A DNA stretch of 64,000 nucleotides. Origin: the human T2T-CHM13v2.0 reference genome, Homo sapiens. The notes below the pieces were generated by a model. The model was not told the DNA's origin and did not search any database. It saw nothing but the letters and a program-made list of their open reading frames with translations. Position numbers and translations under genes: made by a program. The DNA is taken from NCBI RefSeq assembly GCF_009914755.1, contig NC_060931.1. One strand, 5' to 3'. This document shows, in pieces, positions 29,690 to 43,496 of the stretch (position 1 is the stretch's first letter; the number at the start of each line of letters is the position of its first letter).

Positions 29690-30595
29690 GTTAAAGCAGC
29701 TCGAACAAAACTGTCAAAATCACCCTCCTCAGAACTCTGCAAAATAACCAAAGGCTTACAAGAATCTGAGGAGTATTTATTCAAGAAAAAAAATGGCTGA
29801 ATCTTAGCCAGGACAGGAGCTACACCACTTGGGAGCTATACTCACTACCTGGGAGAGATTTGTGTCATTCTAACATGGCAAGGTACCAACCTTCTCCCTC
29901 TAGTTCATCAGGTTAAACATGGAGTTACCACATGACTCAGGAATTCCACTCTTAGATATCTACCCAAGAGAAACAAAAACATGTCCACACAAAAGCACGT
30001 ACACAAATATTCATAGTAGCACTACTCATAATAGCCACAAAGTGGAAAGAACCCCAATGTCCACCATGGATCAACAGATAAAGAAAATGTGGTAAATACA
30101 CCCAATGGGATGGCTCAGTCATAAAACGCAATGAAGTACTGACATGCTACTACATGAATGAACCTTGAAAACATCACGCTGTGTGAAAGAAGCCAGCCAT
30201 GAAAGAGGACACCATGTACGATTCCACTTATATGGAATGATAGTTGCGGGGAATGATAGTTGTTTTTGGTTATACTACAGCGATGGCTATTGAGGAATAC
30301 ACAGAGGCATGAGGGTCAGGCATTGAAGTTTTAGGGAGTGTCCTAGTGGGCTTAGCAATGGAAGTGGCATTAGTTTGGTGGGTGGCAGAGTATGATGGAG
30401 TGGTGGTAGGAAATTCATAGAAACTAAAACAATAGTGGTTTTCAGGAGCTAGGGGACAGGGTAGACGGGGAATAACTGCTAATAGGTTTGAAGTTTCTCT
30501 TTTGAGGTGATAAAAATATTCTAAGCTTAGGTCATGATATAGGTTGCATAGCTCTCTGGATATGCTAAAAACCAAAATATTGTAGCTTTAAAAAT
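29690..30595 (+). mobile_element. old L1 (L1MB-like) fragments, interrupted by a NUMT
   Basis: 3'UTR motifs aatgaagtactgacatgctac and gaaccttgaaaacatcacgctgtgtgaaagaagccag; the element resumes after 30408. Confidence 0.8.
30248..30408 (+). pseudogene. MT-ND6: NUMT: mitochondrial ND6 fragment
   Basis: In the vertebrate mitochondrial code, 30250-30408 reads [53 protein letters not shown], with TGA=Trp at 30310-30312. This matches the central part of primate ND6 as recalled. Confidence 0.93.
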
Positions 30596-30607
30596 GTCCA
30601 TTTTTCA

Positions 30608-31188
30608 CAAAAGGTCTGATATCCACAATCTACAATGAATTTAAAATAAACAAGCAAAAAGCAAATAACCACATTAAAAAGTGGACAAAGAATATGAACA
30701 GACACGTCTCAAAAGAAGACATACAAGCAGCCAACAAACATATGAAAAAATGCTGAACATCACTCATCATCAGGGAAATGCAAATCAAAACCACAATGAC
30801 ATACCGTCTCATGCACAATGAGATACCAACTCGATGGTTTTTTTAAAAAGTCAAATAATAACAAATGCTGTCAAGGCTACAGAGCAAAGCTCACACACTG
30901 TCAGTGGGAGTGTATGATAATCCCAGCCACTGTGAAGAGCAGGCTCAAAGAACTAAGAGTTGAAATACCATTTGACCCAGCAATCCCACTACTGGGTATA
31001 TATCCAAAGGAAAATAAATAATTCTACCAAAAGATACGTGTATGCATATGTTCCTTGCAGCACTACTCACAATAGCAAAAACATGGAATCAACCCAGGTG
31101 CCCACCAATGGTGAACTGGATGAAGAAAATGTGGTACATATACACCATGGAATACTACACAGCCATAAAAAAAGAATGAAACCATACC
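30608..31188 (+). mobile_element. L1 (L1PB/older L1PA-like) ORF2 C-terminal fragment
   Basis: aaaagaagacatacaagcagccaacaaacatatgaaaaaatgc; translation includes [17 protein letters not shown]. Confidence 0.85.
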
Positions 31189-31751
31189 CTTTACAGATAG
31201 GACTCACTAACTCAGCTGTTTTTCTCAGAGTCCTCTATCTATATCTTTAAATTCATTATTCCTCATCTGATTCCTGTTCCTAAACTCTAGCAACCCTAGA
31301 CATGAGCTCATTAATAGTTTGTGAAAGAGAATTAAAACTATCTCGCATGCACACAGGACGAATTCCATGAAGCACCACCAACAGTGTATCACAGGCAGCT
31401 CTCATGCTCCCAACAGGAAATCAGAGAGAGACACTGATGTTAGGTTGGACGCGAGCTTTGTAACAGCTGAACAGCCCTGTGTTCGACGAGCCAGAGAAAC
31501 ACTCCCGAGGTCAGCTAATGGACTAGTCACAGCAACGATGTGACAAGGGACCAACTCTCCCTCCCCAATCACTACAAGGAAGGCTTGGTAATTCTACGGG
31601 TTGTTGTAACTACTGCACTGCAAGCTGCTGTCCTGTCAGGCTGAAGTTAGATGCTCCTTGTTCATGCTCCGGCCTCTTTTCCACAGTGGCTCCTAGGAGC
31701 TCCTGGAGTTCAAACTGCAAGGCCATCTCCTTCAGAGAAACTGAGAGCTAA

Positions 31752-32287
<536 letters not shown>

Positions 32288-32392
32288 AAGAGATTTCTTA
32301 TTTTAAGGTAAATGAGGCTTGTCATTTTGTTCCATACTTCTACTCATAGTATTTTGTTTTTATAATTCTCACATCCTTAAAAAGCCAACACA

Positions 32393-32490
32393 AGTATACA
32401 TATGTAACAAACCTGCACGTTGTGCACATATACTATAAAAATTAAAGTATAATTTTTTAAAAAAAAGGCTATATGCAGTAAAAAAAAAAA
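32393..32490 (+). mobile_element. severely 5'-truncated L1PA with short 3' transduction
   Basis: About 60 nt of L1 3' end, then an A run, ggctatatgcagt and A16. Perfect 14-bp TSD aaaaagccaacaca (32379-32392, 32491-32504) at a TT/AAAA site. Confidence 0.85.
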
Positions 32491-33220
32491 AAAAAGCCAA
32501 CACAGGACAGACTGTTTAATTACTTCCTTCTCTGGAGCAGGAGGAGAGGAAGATGAACGGGAGAAGGGGCCAAGGTGGGAGGTAAAGGGCTGGGGAGACA
32601 GCAGAGGGAAGACGAGGGGAATGAAGACCCTTCTCTCTCTTTCACCACTGACAGCTGGTGCCTCCCCTGCAAGGGTGAGGATGCGTGTTTTCTCTTAGAA
32701 AAAGTTACTGAGTCACAAACACCAGGCCCATTTACACACACATGAACACGTGCACAAACATGAACACGTGCCCAAACACACAAAGCAATTGCTGACTTAG
32801 TCAGATATAGTTCAGGTCACAGCCCCATATATGTGTGTTTTTCAATCTAATCAGCTCACAATGTGAAAGATTCTCCAACAACTGAGAAGCTTTTCGACGC
32901 CACCAGAGGGGTCGCTTTCATGATTCGTCTTTGATTCCACCCTCTCCTTCATCTTCCACATCCCATCTGTCACTACGTCAGGATGATTCCTTTTACAAAG
33001 TCTCTCCATATCTACCTCTTCTTTAGAGTTCTGGCCAACCTCAAGGGTCTGAAAACTTATCAGTCTTTCTAGTGTGACTTTCTCTGTAGAGAACTTCATC
33101 ATCATCAAGTTTGTGTCATCAGAAAAATTAAATGAACACCGGCCCCATCTGAAAGCAGGTAACTTTTTTGTACAAAACAAGCCCGTTTCCAGGTTAACAG
33201 AGCAGCTACAGGTTCTGTTA

Positions 33221-33595
<375 letters not shown>

Positions 33596-34010
33596 CTAAG
33601 CTATTTACACCCTTGTCTGTGTAGGATATCACTGCAGGGATCTTGGCTTCATGCTCAGTGGCCATGAGGAGCGCTGCCTAAGGAGGGACCGGAATGGTTA
33701 ATGAGGGGAGGCTGGAGAAATAACCAAACATTCAAATAGCAGATGCAGCTGACAGGCAGATGCAGAGACACCATAATATTATCTAGACTGCAAACTGGCA
33801 ACCCATTCTCAAATGTGAACTAATAAAAGCATTAACAAGCACATGCTCTAGATTATTTCAGAAAATAAATATTATGAGATACACTGGATAAGAGCCACGG
33901 TTACACACCAAGGAAACTCTGGCTGACAGATAAAGTACTGTATTGTATGAGGAAACTAATAGAGCAGAAATTATTAATAGGCTTGTCACGATTAACCAAA
34001 GTCTGAACTC

Positions 34011-34151
34011 TGAGAGAAAGAAAGAAAGAAAGAAAGGAAACGAAACGAAAGAAAGGAAAGAAAGAAAAGAAAAGAAAAGAAAGGAAAGAAAGGGAAGAAA
34101 GAAAAGGAAAAGGAAAAGGAAAAGAAAAGAAAAGAAAAGGAAAGAAAGAAG
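34011..34151. repeat. polypurine (GAAA/GAAAA/GGAAAA)n tract
   Basis: About 140 nt, almost entirely purines. Confidence 0.95.
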
Positions 34152-34634
34152 CCATGGAGAAGAATGTGGAGCATCAGAGCCAAGCCAGCTCTCACGCAAC
34201 CTGCTACAGATTCTTGCCAGGCATCTCACAGACACGAAACCCTGTCATGATGAAGAAATCACCACAGGATGTTGGCGCCGGTGGCCCAAGCAGCCTACTG
34301 TTCCTGGAATATATGTGAGGACACTGAGACCTCTGAGCAGCTGTCATGCCCCTACATCTCCCAGGTAGTGGGTGCAGATTTGGGGTTTGGAGCCAGGCCT
34401 CCTGGATCCCAGGGTGGAAACACTGGCATCCCAGGAACACATTTTCACGGAGCCCTGGTGTGCCCAGGTAGATGGCCGGTGCTGCTAGGAGACATGAAGC
34501 GGTAGCGTCTCCAGAACCTGTGGTATTTTCAGAAACGCCAACAAGAGATGAATGAGACACACGTTTTCCAGAAAATTCATTACATTTCAACAACTCTGGA
34601 CCAGGTGAACTTTTGTTTGAAGACCTGAAACTCA

Positions 34635-35038
<404 letters not shown>

Positions 35039-35091
35039 TCAGCCAAGTCTCAGAGCTCAACCAGGCCTCGTGCACTGTGCATGCTTTACAG

Positions 35092-35428
35092 CAGCAGTCC
35101 CCAAATTTTCTGGCACCAGGGGCTGGTTTTGTGGAAGACAGTTTGTCCATGGATGGGACACGGAGTGGGGATGGCTTCGGGATGAAACTGTTCCACCTCA
35201 GATATTAGGCATTAGATTCTCATAAGGAACATGCAACCTAGATCTCTTGCACATGCAGTTCACAATAGGGTTCCCACTCCTATGAGAATCGAATGCCACC
35301 CCTGATCTGACAGGAGGTGGGGCTTGGGCAGTCATGCTCACTCACCTGCTGCTCACCTCCTGTGCAGCCCTGTTCCTCACAGGCTGTAGACACATATTGA
35401 TTCACAGCCCAGGGGTTGGGGACTTCTG
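35092..35428 (-). mobile_element. MER1B (hAT-Charlie MITE)
   Basis: TIRs cagcagtcccc...ggggacttctg, 337 bp, 8-bp TSD ctttacag / ctttatag. Confidence 0.9.
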
Positions 35429-36988
35429 CTTTATAGGAAAGAGTACCTGGGTGCCCTGTGTCAGATGGTGGCCTCTTGAAGCGGGATGCTTTTTCCAGCC
35501 ACCCTAGGAGTACTAAATACCAGCAAGACAACCTGGGCACCTTCTCCAGGTTTTCTCGGGTTTTTTACTTTGGTGCTTCCTTCCTCTTGCTATGAAGGAG
35601 CAAGACGAGGGAGAAATCATCTACACTAAAGCCCCCATAGTGCCTGGCACGTGGCAGGTGCTCGGGAAACTGAGGGGTGGCAAAGCTCCTTATGAGCGTG
35701 GCCACTCAACTCCCCTACCCTTGGACTTTACTCTGTTCTTTCTTTTCACCTCTTCTGCCTCACCTTCCCTCCTACCCTCACGTTAGCTTCCTTTTTACTC
35801 TCATTTTCTACTTTTCCATATGGTATATTCCTTGAAACAATGAGGGTTCTTAGGAGGTTGTCTTCGCTCAGGGGTCTTTAATAAATGTATAGAAAATAGT
35901 ACAAACCGTTTAGAGAATACAAATGAAGGAACAGTTAATTTAGTCTTCGTAGGAGAGTCAAAAAGTCCCCAAAATAGAAAACACATTGGAATTGGGTCTT
36001 GAAGGATGTGTATTAGCGTGTGAAGCATCAAAATGAAGGAAGAGCATTCCAAGAATAAACAACATAAATGAAGGTATGGAAATGAGAAATTTCATGTTAC
36101 ATTCAAGAAACTGCTATAGTCTTATACTGCTAAAATGTAGAGTATTTGTGGGGTGGGAAGGTGGTGTCTGAAGGTGATTCTTAGGCTTCTAGATGGTTCC
36201 ACATGGGTGGATGATAGTACCAGTAACCAAGACATGAAACACAGAGAAACAAGAACATTTGGAGGAGCAAATACTGTGTTGGCTTCTTGACAGGTTTACT
36301 TCCTGAGCATTGGGTCTCTGTGGGCTTCATCTAGAAATGTTTGTTAGGAAGTTCCAAAATAAAAACCCAGCTCACGTAAGGGGCTGGGACCAACTGTACG
36401 GCATGATGGTGGGTGGTTGTGACACCAAGTAGACAACATAAATCACACAGTGACCATATGATCTTAGACTGTTAACCAGAAACGTCAATATTGAAAGTTC
36501 AGGCAGAGGAAGAGAAGCACAAAAGACGAGAACTTGAAAACTTTGCAGAGAAGGCAAGGAAGGCTATTACCACAGGAACGAAGGAGGAAGTGAGCTTCAG
36601 AAAGGAAGAAGGAGCCACTAGCATCAGATTCTGCAGACAGTATCAAATAGGATAAGGATTTAAAATAGGCCATTGGAGCACAAAGAAACACCGTTTCACA
36701 GGACTAGTCTTCAAAACTATTATCTCCTGGCACCTCACTTCCCTTCCAGTGCTTTACTTTTGGAGAGCTAGTCATCCATTCAGGCTCTTGTAAGATAAAG
36801 TCTTCTGGAGAAGCATTCATACTGCCTTTATCCTGCCTCCAGAACAAGACAGCCTTTCCCAGCAAAGTGATGCCACCACCATTTCTTTCCCCCCAGCTCT
36901 GCTCTCCTCTGCAGTGTAGTCTGTGCTCCCACAGTAAACAAATCAGCCACAAGAGGGGACATATAATGGCTGTGTGTGTGCTCTAGCA

Positions 36989-37457
36989 CAGGGGTCCCCA
37001 ACTTGAGCCATGAATGATGGCTTCATCTGTACTTACAGCCGCTCCCCATCGCTCGCATTACTGCCTGAGCTCTGCCTCCCGTCAGGTCAGCTGCAGCATC
37101 AGATCCTCATAGGAGTGCAAACCCTACTGTGAACTGAGCATGTGAGGGATCTAGGTTGTCAGCTCCTTATGAGAATCCAATGCCTGATGATCTGTCACTG
37201 TCTCCCATCATCCCCAGATGGGACTGTCTAGTTGCAGGAAAACAAGTTCAGGGCTCCCACTGATTCTATATTATGGGGAGTTGTACAGGTATTTCATTAT
37301 ACGTTACAATGTAATAAGAATAAGAAATAAAGTGCACAATAAATGCAATGTGCTTGAATCATCCTGAAACCATCCCACCCCACCCCACTCCCCGGTCCAT
37401 GGAAAAATTGTCTTCCATGAAACCAGTCCCTGGTGCCAAAAAGTCTGGGGACTGCTG
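36989..37457 (+). mobile_element. MER1A (hAT-Charlie MITE), small internal deletion
   Basis: TIRs caggggtcccc...ggggactgctg, 8-bp TSD ctctagca / ctgtagca. Confidence 0.9.
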
Positions 37458-38204
37458 CTGTAGCAGGTCACAGATAAACTCACAGACAGCAGCGAGGGAA
37501 GCTCTTTGAAAAGAGCGTGCTCTCCATAAACCTAGAATCACACGATCTGTGCCTCTGCCCACTCTGCCTACGCAGAAGACTGGCCCTGGTAAAAAAAAAT
37601 AAAATAAAAAAATGAGGAAAAAGGACATGAACCATCTACCAACTTCTCACAGGAGCTTAGGCAGCTGGCATGAGGCTTGAACTCACAGCTTGTGGATTCC
37701 TGCCACAGGTTCCACCTGGCTAGGGAGTTCCTGCCTGAACCATGATGAGAGACCTAGATAAATGCCAAACACCATTGTTCTTAACAGTGGCTGGGCATCG
37801 GCTCCTCTCACCTTCCCGGATCATCTCTTTTTATTCTGAGACTTCTTAAAAATAGCTCAGAGCAATTTTCAAAGCCTAATAATCATAAAAGAAGGTGTTA
37901 GGGATAATCACATGTATGGAAGCTCAAAGCCGGGCATGGCTTTCCAGCTTCCTCATTAACATACCTGCCATGCCCAATATCAGAAGCACTGCCATCCTCC
38001 CCCACACATGGGTCTTTAGGAAGGTTGGAGAACAGTCCTCCCTTTGGATAGCCAACTGTGAAACACTGGGCTTTTTCCTGAGGGGACAGCAAAGGAAAAG
38101 GTACTCATGTCCTCAGGCAGTGATATAATCCTAGATCACCCAGTGACACAGCAGGGGAGCAATCAACTCATTGTCCCCACACAGTATGAGGGCACCTGGA
38201 GAAA

Positions 38205-38322
38205 TCACACACAAATATGCACACACACACACATACGCATGCACACACATTCACACACACATGCACACACACGTACACACATACACACTCGCACACACAT
38301 GCACACACACACGTGCACACAC
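38205..38322. repeat. degenerate (CA)n tract
   Basis: Directly visible. Confidence 0.9.
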
Positions 38323-38627
38323 AGACAGGCTGCTAAGCTGAGCTGGGCTGGGGTCCAACAGATGACCAGTCAGCTCAGTGAAGGAAATACTGTATTTCCT
38401 ATGAAAAAATAAAGTTCGGTATCACTCACTCTTTCCAGCTTTCACCTTCCCTCACATATCAACCATCCCTAATCTTTTGCAGGAAGGTGAAGAGCGCATT
38501 CCTACAGCTTTTTCCTACAAGCATTTTTCCTGGCTCACTTGGGGTATGGCTATTAACAATGTGACCAATGTGTTTTTGTCCAACTAAAACTAGGCCTTTG
38601 AATTATAAAATTATGCGTACACAAGGA

Positions 38628-38799
38628 AGTCAACTGGAGAGGATTGACTCCAATTTTAAAGAAGTTCTACTGTGGGTAAAATGTTATAAAATAGCATGAC
38701 GTGCCACAGAGAACCTTTTATGAAAGTAAGAGTCGATCAGTGCGGCAAACCTCACTGTTGTCTTATTTTAAGAAATGGCCACAGGTACCCCAAACTTCA
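38628..38799 (+). mobile_element. Tigger1 3' portion
   Basis: aggattgactccaatttt...agttctactgtgggtaaaatg...ttgtcttattttaagaaatggccacag matches the recalled 3' end of the Tigger1 transposase. Confidence 0.75.
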
Positions 38800-38924
38800 T
38801 AAAGTTTTACTTTATGATATCAGATATCTAAGTGATACCAGATATCTAAGTGATTAGAGTTTGATCACACACCTCATTTGCTTGATTTGGCTCCAAATGG
38901 TTTTTTACTCTTTTCAAAAAGCAA

Positions 38925-39452
38925 CACTGATATTGAACTTGGGCCAGCTAATCAACCAACAATAGCTTCAAAGTGTCAAAGTGAAAGGAAGAGTCACACA
39001 TCTCTCACTTTAAATAAAAAAAAATTAGAATTGATTATGCTGAGTGAGGAAGGCATGTTGAAAGCTGAGATAGGCTGAAAGCTAGGCCTCTTGCGCTAAA
39101 CAGTTAGCCAAGTTGTGAGTGCAAAGGCAAAGTTCTTGAAGGAAATTAAAAGTGCTACTCCAGTGAACACATGAATGATAAGAAAGCAAAACAGCCTTAT
39201 TGCTGACATGAAGAAACTTTGAGTGGTCTGGATAGAAGGTGAAACCAGCCACCACATTCCCTTAAGACAAAGCCTAATCCAGGGCAAGGCCCTACCTCTC
39301 TTCAGTTCAATTCTATGGAGGCTGAGAAAAATGAGGAAGCTGCAGAAGAAAAGCTGGAAGCTAGCAAAGATTGGCTCATGAGGTTTAAGGAGCAAAACCA
39401 TCTCCATAACATAGTGCAAGGTGAAGCAGCAAGTGCTGATGGAGAAGCTGCA
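38925..39452 (+). mobile_element. Tigger1 transposase 5' portion (disrupted)
   Basis: Translation ASKCQSERKSHTSLTLN..LE.IMLSEEGMLKAEIG and [20 protein letters not shown] (CENP-B-type HTH of Tigger1). Confidence 0.9.
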
Positions 39453-40652
39453 CCAGAAAAAGTTCACAATTTGGCTTTCCACCTGAAATGTCTGCAGGTA
39501 ATGTCTCCTTTATCATCTCAAGAAGTCACATCCTTCTCCTAAGAATGCAATTAGGGGACTCCTAGTTTGAGTCCCTCCAAAATAGGTGGACCCTAGGGGA
39601 TTCTACACTTACTGAGCAAGGGAGATTCAACCCACAGGTGAGCGCCAGGACACCTGGGGTTCATTTAGGACCCATTAGTAACGAGCATGCTATGTGCCAG
39701 GGAAAGAGGCACTGCAGAAAAATTCTGTGGTGCTGAAGTCAGAAGCCCCAGCCTTCCCTGCTATTTATACAACAGAAAAAAAAAAAAAGTCCTGACTTAT
39801 TGTTATTGTCATTCTCTTTCCCTTAGTGACCAGAAGCATCGGATGGGAACGGAGAGGAGGCCAGGTTCTTGGCCTGCCTTTGAAATATGTCATAATTAAT
39901 TTTTGCCACCAAATGCCTCTCATTAGAAAATCTCTGAACTCATCTCAGCAGGTGAAGTGATGTATCCCCTCAACGGCGTGCTCTGCCTAGCAGGTAAAGA
40001 TTATTACTACAAGCAGGGGGTGTGGGAAGGTGCATACTGAGCAGACTGTGTTCCAAGCGCTTGCCAAGCAGTTCTTGAGGGTTTTTTTAATGTCTGTGTT
40101 CGCAGGTGCTGAGCTGAGGCCCTGAAGGAACAGAAGGCCTCTCTCTACACACCCCAGGAAACAGGCCAGATGTTCAGGGAGAAATAGCAATGGGCTTTCA
40201 GGGACTGGAGCCAAGAGAGCTGATTTTGTTGTAGTGTCTGTTCCTGCTGTCCTCCAGCCCCAGCCATGGGGCAATGATAAAGAGGGCTGTACCAAGGATG
40301 CAACCCCGCCTCCGATGATTCTAGAGTTTCAAAAGAAATCAGGCTGCAGACTCAACAGGAATCAGTGTACCCAGTATATGCAAAACCCTCGGCTCTTGGC
40401 TCGACCTGCAAGTGTAGCTGGGGCTAGGGTGAGGTCTCCTCCTCCTCCCTGGCTCACCCACCTAGTTCGTCTACATTCCCAGCCTGCCTTGCAGCTGGGC
40501 ATGGTCAAGTGACTGAGCTCTGCCCAAGAGAATAGGATGCGTGTTAGAACCGCAACAACTCCTGCATGGGGTCCTCCCTGTTCTCTACCTGCTCGGGTGG
40601 AGGGAATGAGGCAACGCTTCAGGACAACATTGGAAAAATACAGTGAAGATGA

Positions 40653-41074
<422 letters not shown>

Positions 41075-41378
41075 TTTTTTTTGTTTTTGTTTTTGTTTTG
41101 AGACGGACTCTCCCTCTGTTGCCCAGGCTGGAGTGCAGTGGTGTGATCTTGGCTCACAGCAACCTCCACCTCCCGGGTTCAAGTGATTCTTTTGCCTCAG
41201 CCTCCCCAGTAGCTAGGATTACAGCTCACATCACCTCACCGGCTAATTTTTGTATATTTAGTAGAGACAGGTTTCACCATGTTGGCCAGGCTGGTCTCGA
41301 ACTCCTGTCCTCAAGTGATCCACCCGCCTAGGCCTCCCAAAGTGCTGGGATTATGGGCATGAGCCACCGCGCCCAACC
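41075..41378 (-). mobile_element. AluS-like, directly in tandem with the previous Alu
   Basis: Complete Alu dimer; its tail abuts the head of the neighbouring Alu. Confidence 0.95.
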
Positions 41379-41684
41379 CCAATACCTATTTCTGATGTGA
41401 TAGGGTAGAAAATTGAAAAGGGAGGACCACCCAGAGATTGGCCAATGGTACGGAAAGCTGTGGACACGTGAGTTTCTCCTGAAACGCATTTTGTTTAGCA
41501 TCTCCTTGCATAATCAAAATCAAGAGGGATGAAGTTAGCTGGCCTATAAATATTAATGACTTATGAAAATGCACAATGCACAACAGAGTTATGATATCAA
41601 AGCATCTTCCGAAAATCCCCCTATTGTCGTGGGGGAATTGACTGCAGTGAAAACAGACATAATTATTTCTCACTCTTTAGTTGG

Positions 41685-41940
41685 CTTTTTGCAAACATAA
41701 TTTACATGCAATAAAATTCACCCTTTTCAGCTTGCAGATTCAACGACTGTAAATAGTCATGTAACAGCTACGACAATCAAGACATGGAACCTTCCCAGCT
41801 CTCCCAGACAACCCCTCACACCCTGAGTCCTCTTCCCTGATCCCCGGTGAGTATATCCGTCATGATTCCACTTTCCTGATATTCTGGAAAAGGCAAAACC
41901 GTGAGTGGAAATTAAACGCGAGGCTGCCGGGGACTGGGGA
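41685..41940 (-). mobile_element. old L1M 3'UTR fragment with an oppositely oriented segment
   Basis: 41685-41845 is antisense 3' end. 41850-41940 is the sense upstream part (atgattccact...attctggaaaaggcaaaac...gctgccggggactggg). Confidence 0.6.
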
Positions 41941-43012
41941 ATTGTGTTGTCTTTCAGCCATCTCGTAGCTTCAGGACAGGGCTGTCTGTGGGAACCTGAG
42001 GCAGAGGGCAGCGGCCAGACCCACCTGCAACCCCGACTCTTCATCCCCCCGCTTAGAGCTTGCACCCCTGACTCCCATTGGCTGAACTGGGCAGAAGCCG
42101 GGAGGCAAGAGGCCCCCTGTGGAAGGTGAGAGTGGGCTGGAACCTGGGAGGCTTCTGGAAGAGAAGGAGATCAGGTGAGCCTGGGCCAGGCTTCTTAGGG
42201 CCTCCGGTGTAGCTTCTCCCCTCCGTCAAGACTCACAGAGAGCAAAGCCAAGACTGGAGAGCTTGCAAATTAAATCCATACATTTTCACTGAAATCCAAG
42301 TTGTCATTTTTTGCTAAGGTGGTAAGAAGGCTTTTGAGGAAGAAGGTAGTTACGTGATAGAATTAGGAAGGGAAGCTGAGGGCAAAGGGAATGGATTTCA
42401 GTGTGATTGCTAAGGACTATTAAATTCAGCAGCAATGCACGAGGCCCTCAGAATATTTCATCTTCAAAGACCTTTGAAAATGCACTTGAGTGAAGCTTTC
42501 CTAAAGACTAGAAAAAATACCATGTTAAAGATATATTTTAACTCAGTACTGTTAAGATTGTCTTAAGCACCTCAGAAAGCCTGATGTTATTTAAGTGATA
42601 CATAGAAGGTAATTTATTTGAAACGTAAAGAGGGAAGAAAGTATGCAATCCATAAAGGAACACTATAATTTATATTTTATTACCTGGAAATATTTCTGGC
42701 TGGGATCTTACAAATGTATGTTTTGTTAGATCAGCTAAATGCATGTAAACAATTGAATAATATTATTTTTTGTCCAATATTATTTTTTGTCCACCACAGC
42801 CGGTAGTTTAATCATCCCCATCATACTGGGTATTTATATGCTGATTTTATTTCTGGAATGCTTTCTAATTATTAGCTGTTTAATAATCATACCATCTCTA
42901 CAGTGTACAAGAAATGCCACCTGCTTTTACATGAAAATGGAGAATCGAAGTTTACTCTGTTTGGGGAAGAAGCTCTATATTCTAACTGAAACTTATTTAA
43001 AACAAAATGATT

Positions 43013-43496
<484 letters not shown>

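Noticed and set aside
33858-34368. Lys/Arg/Glu-rich and Phe/Leu-rich ORFs
   Set aside because: Produced by the GAAA repeat.
42760-42793. 17-bp tandem duplication atattattttttgtcca
   Set aside because: Ordinary slippage with no functional hint.
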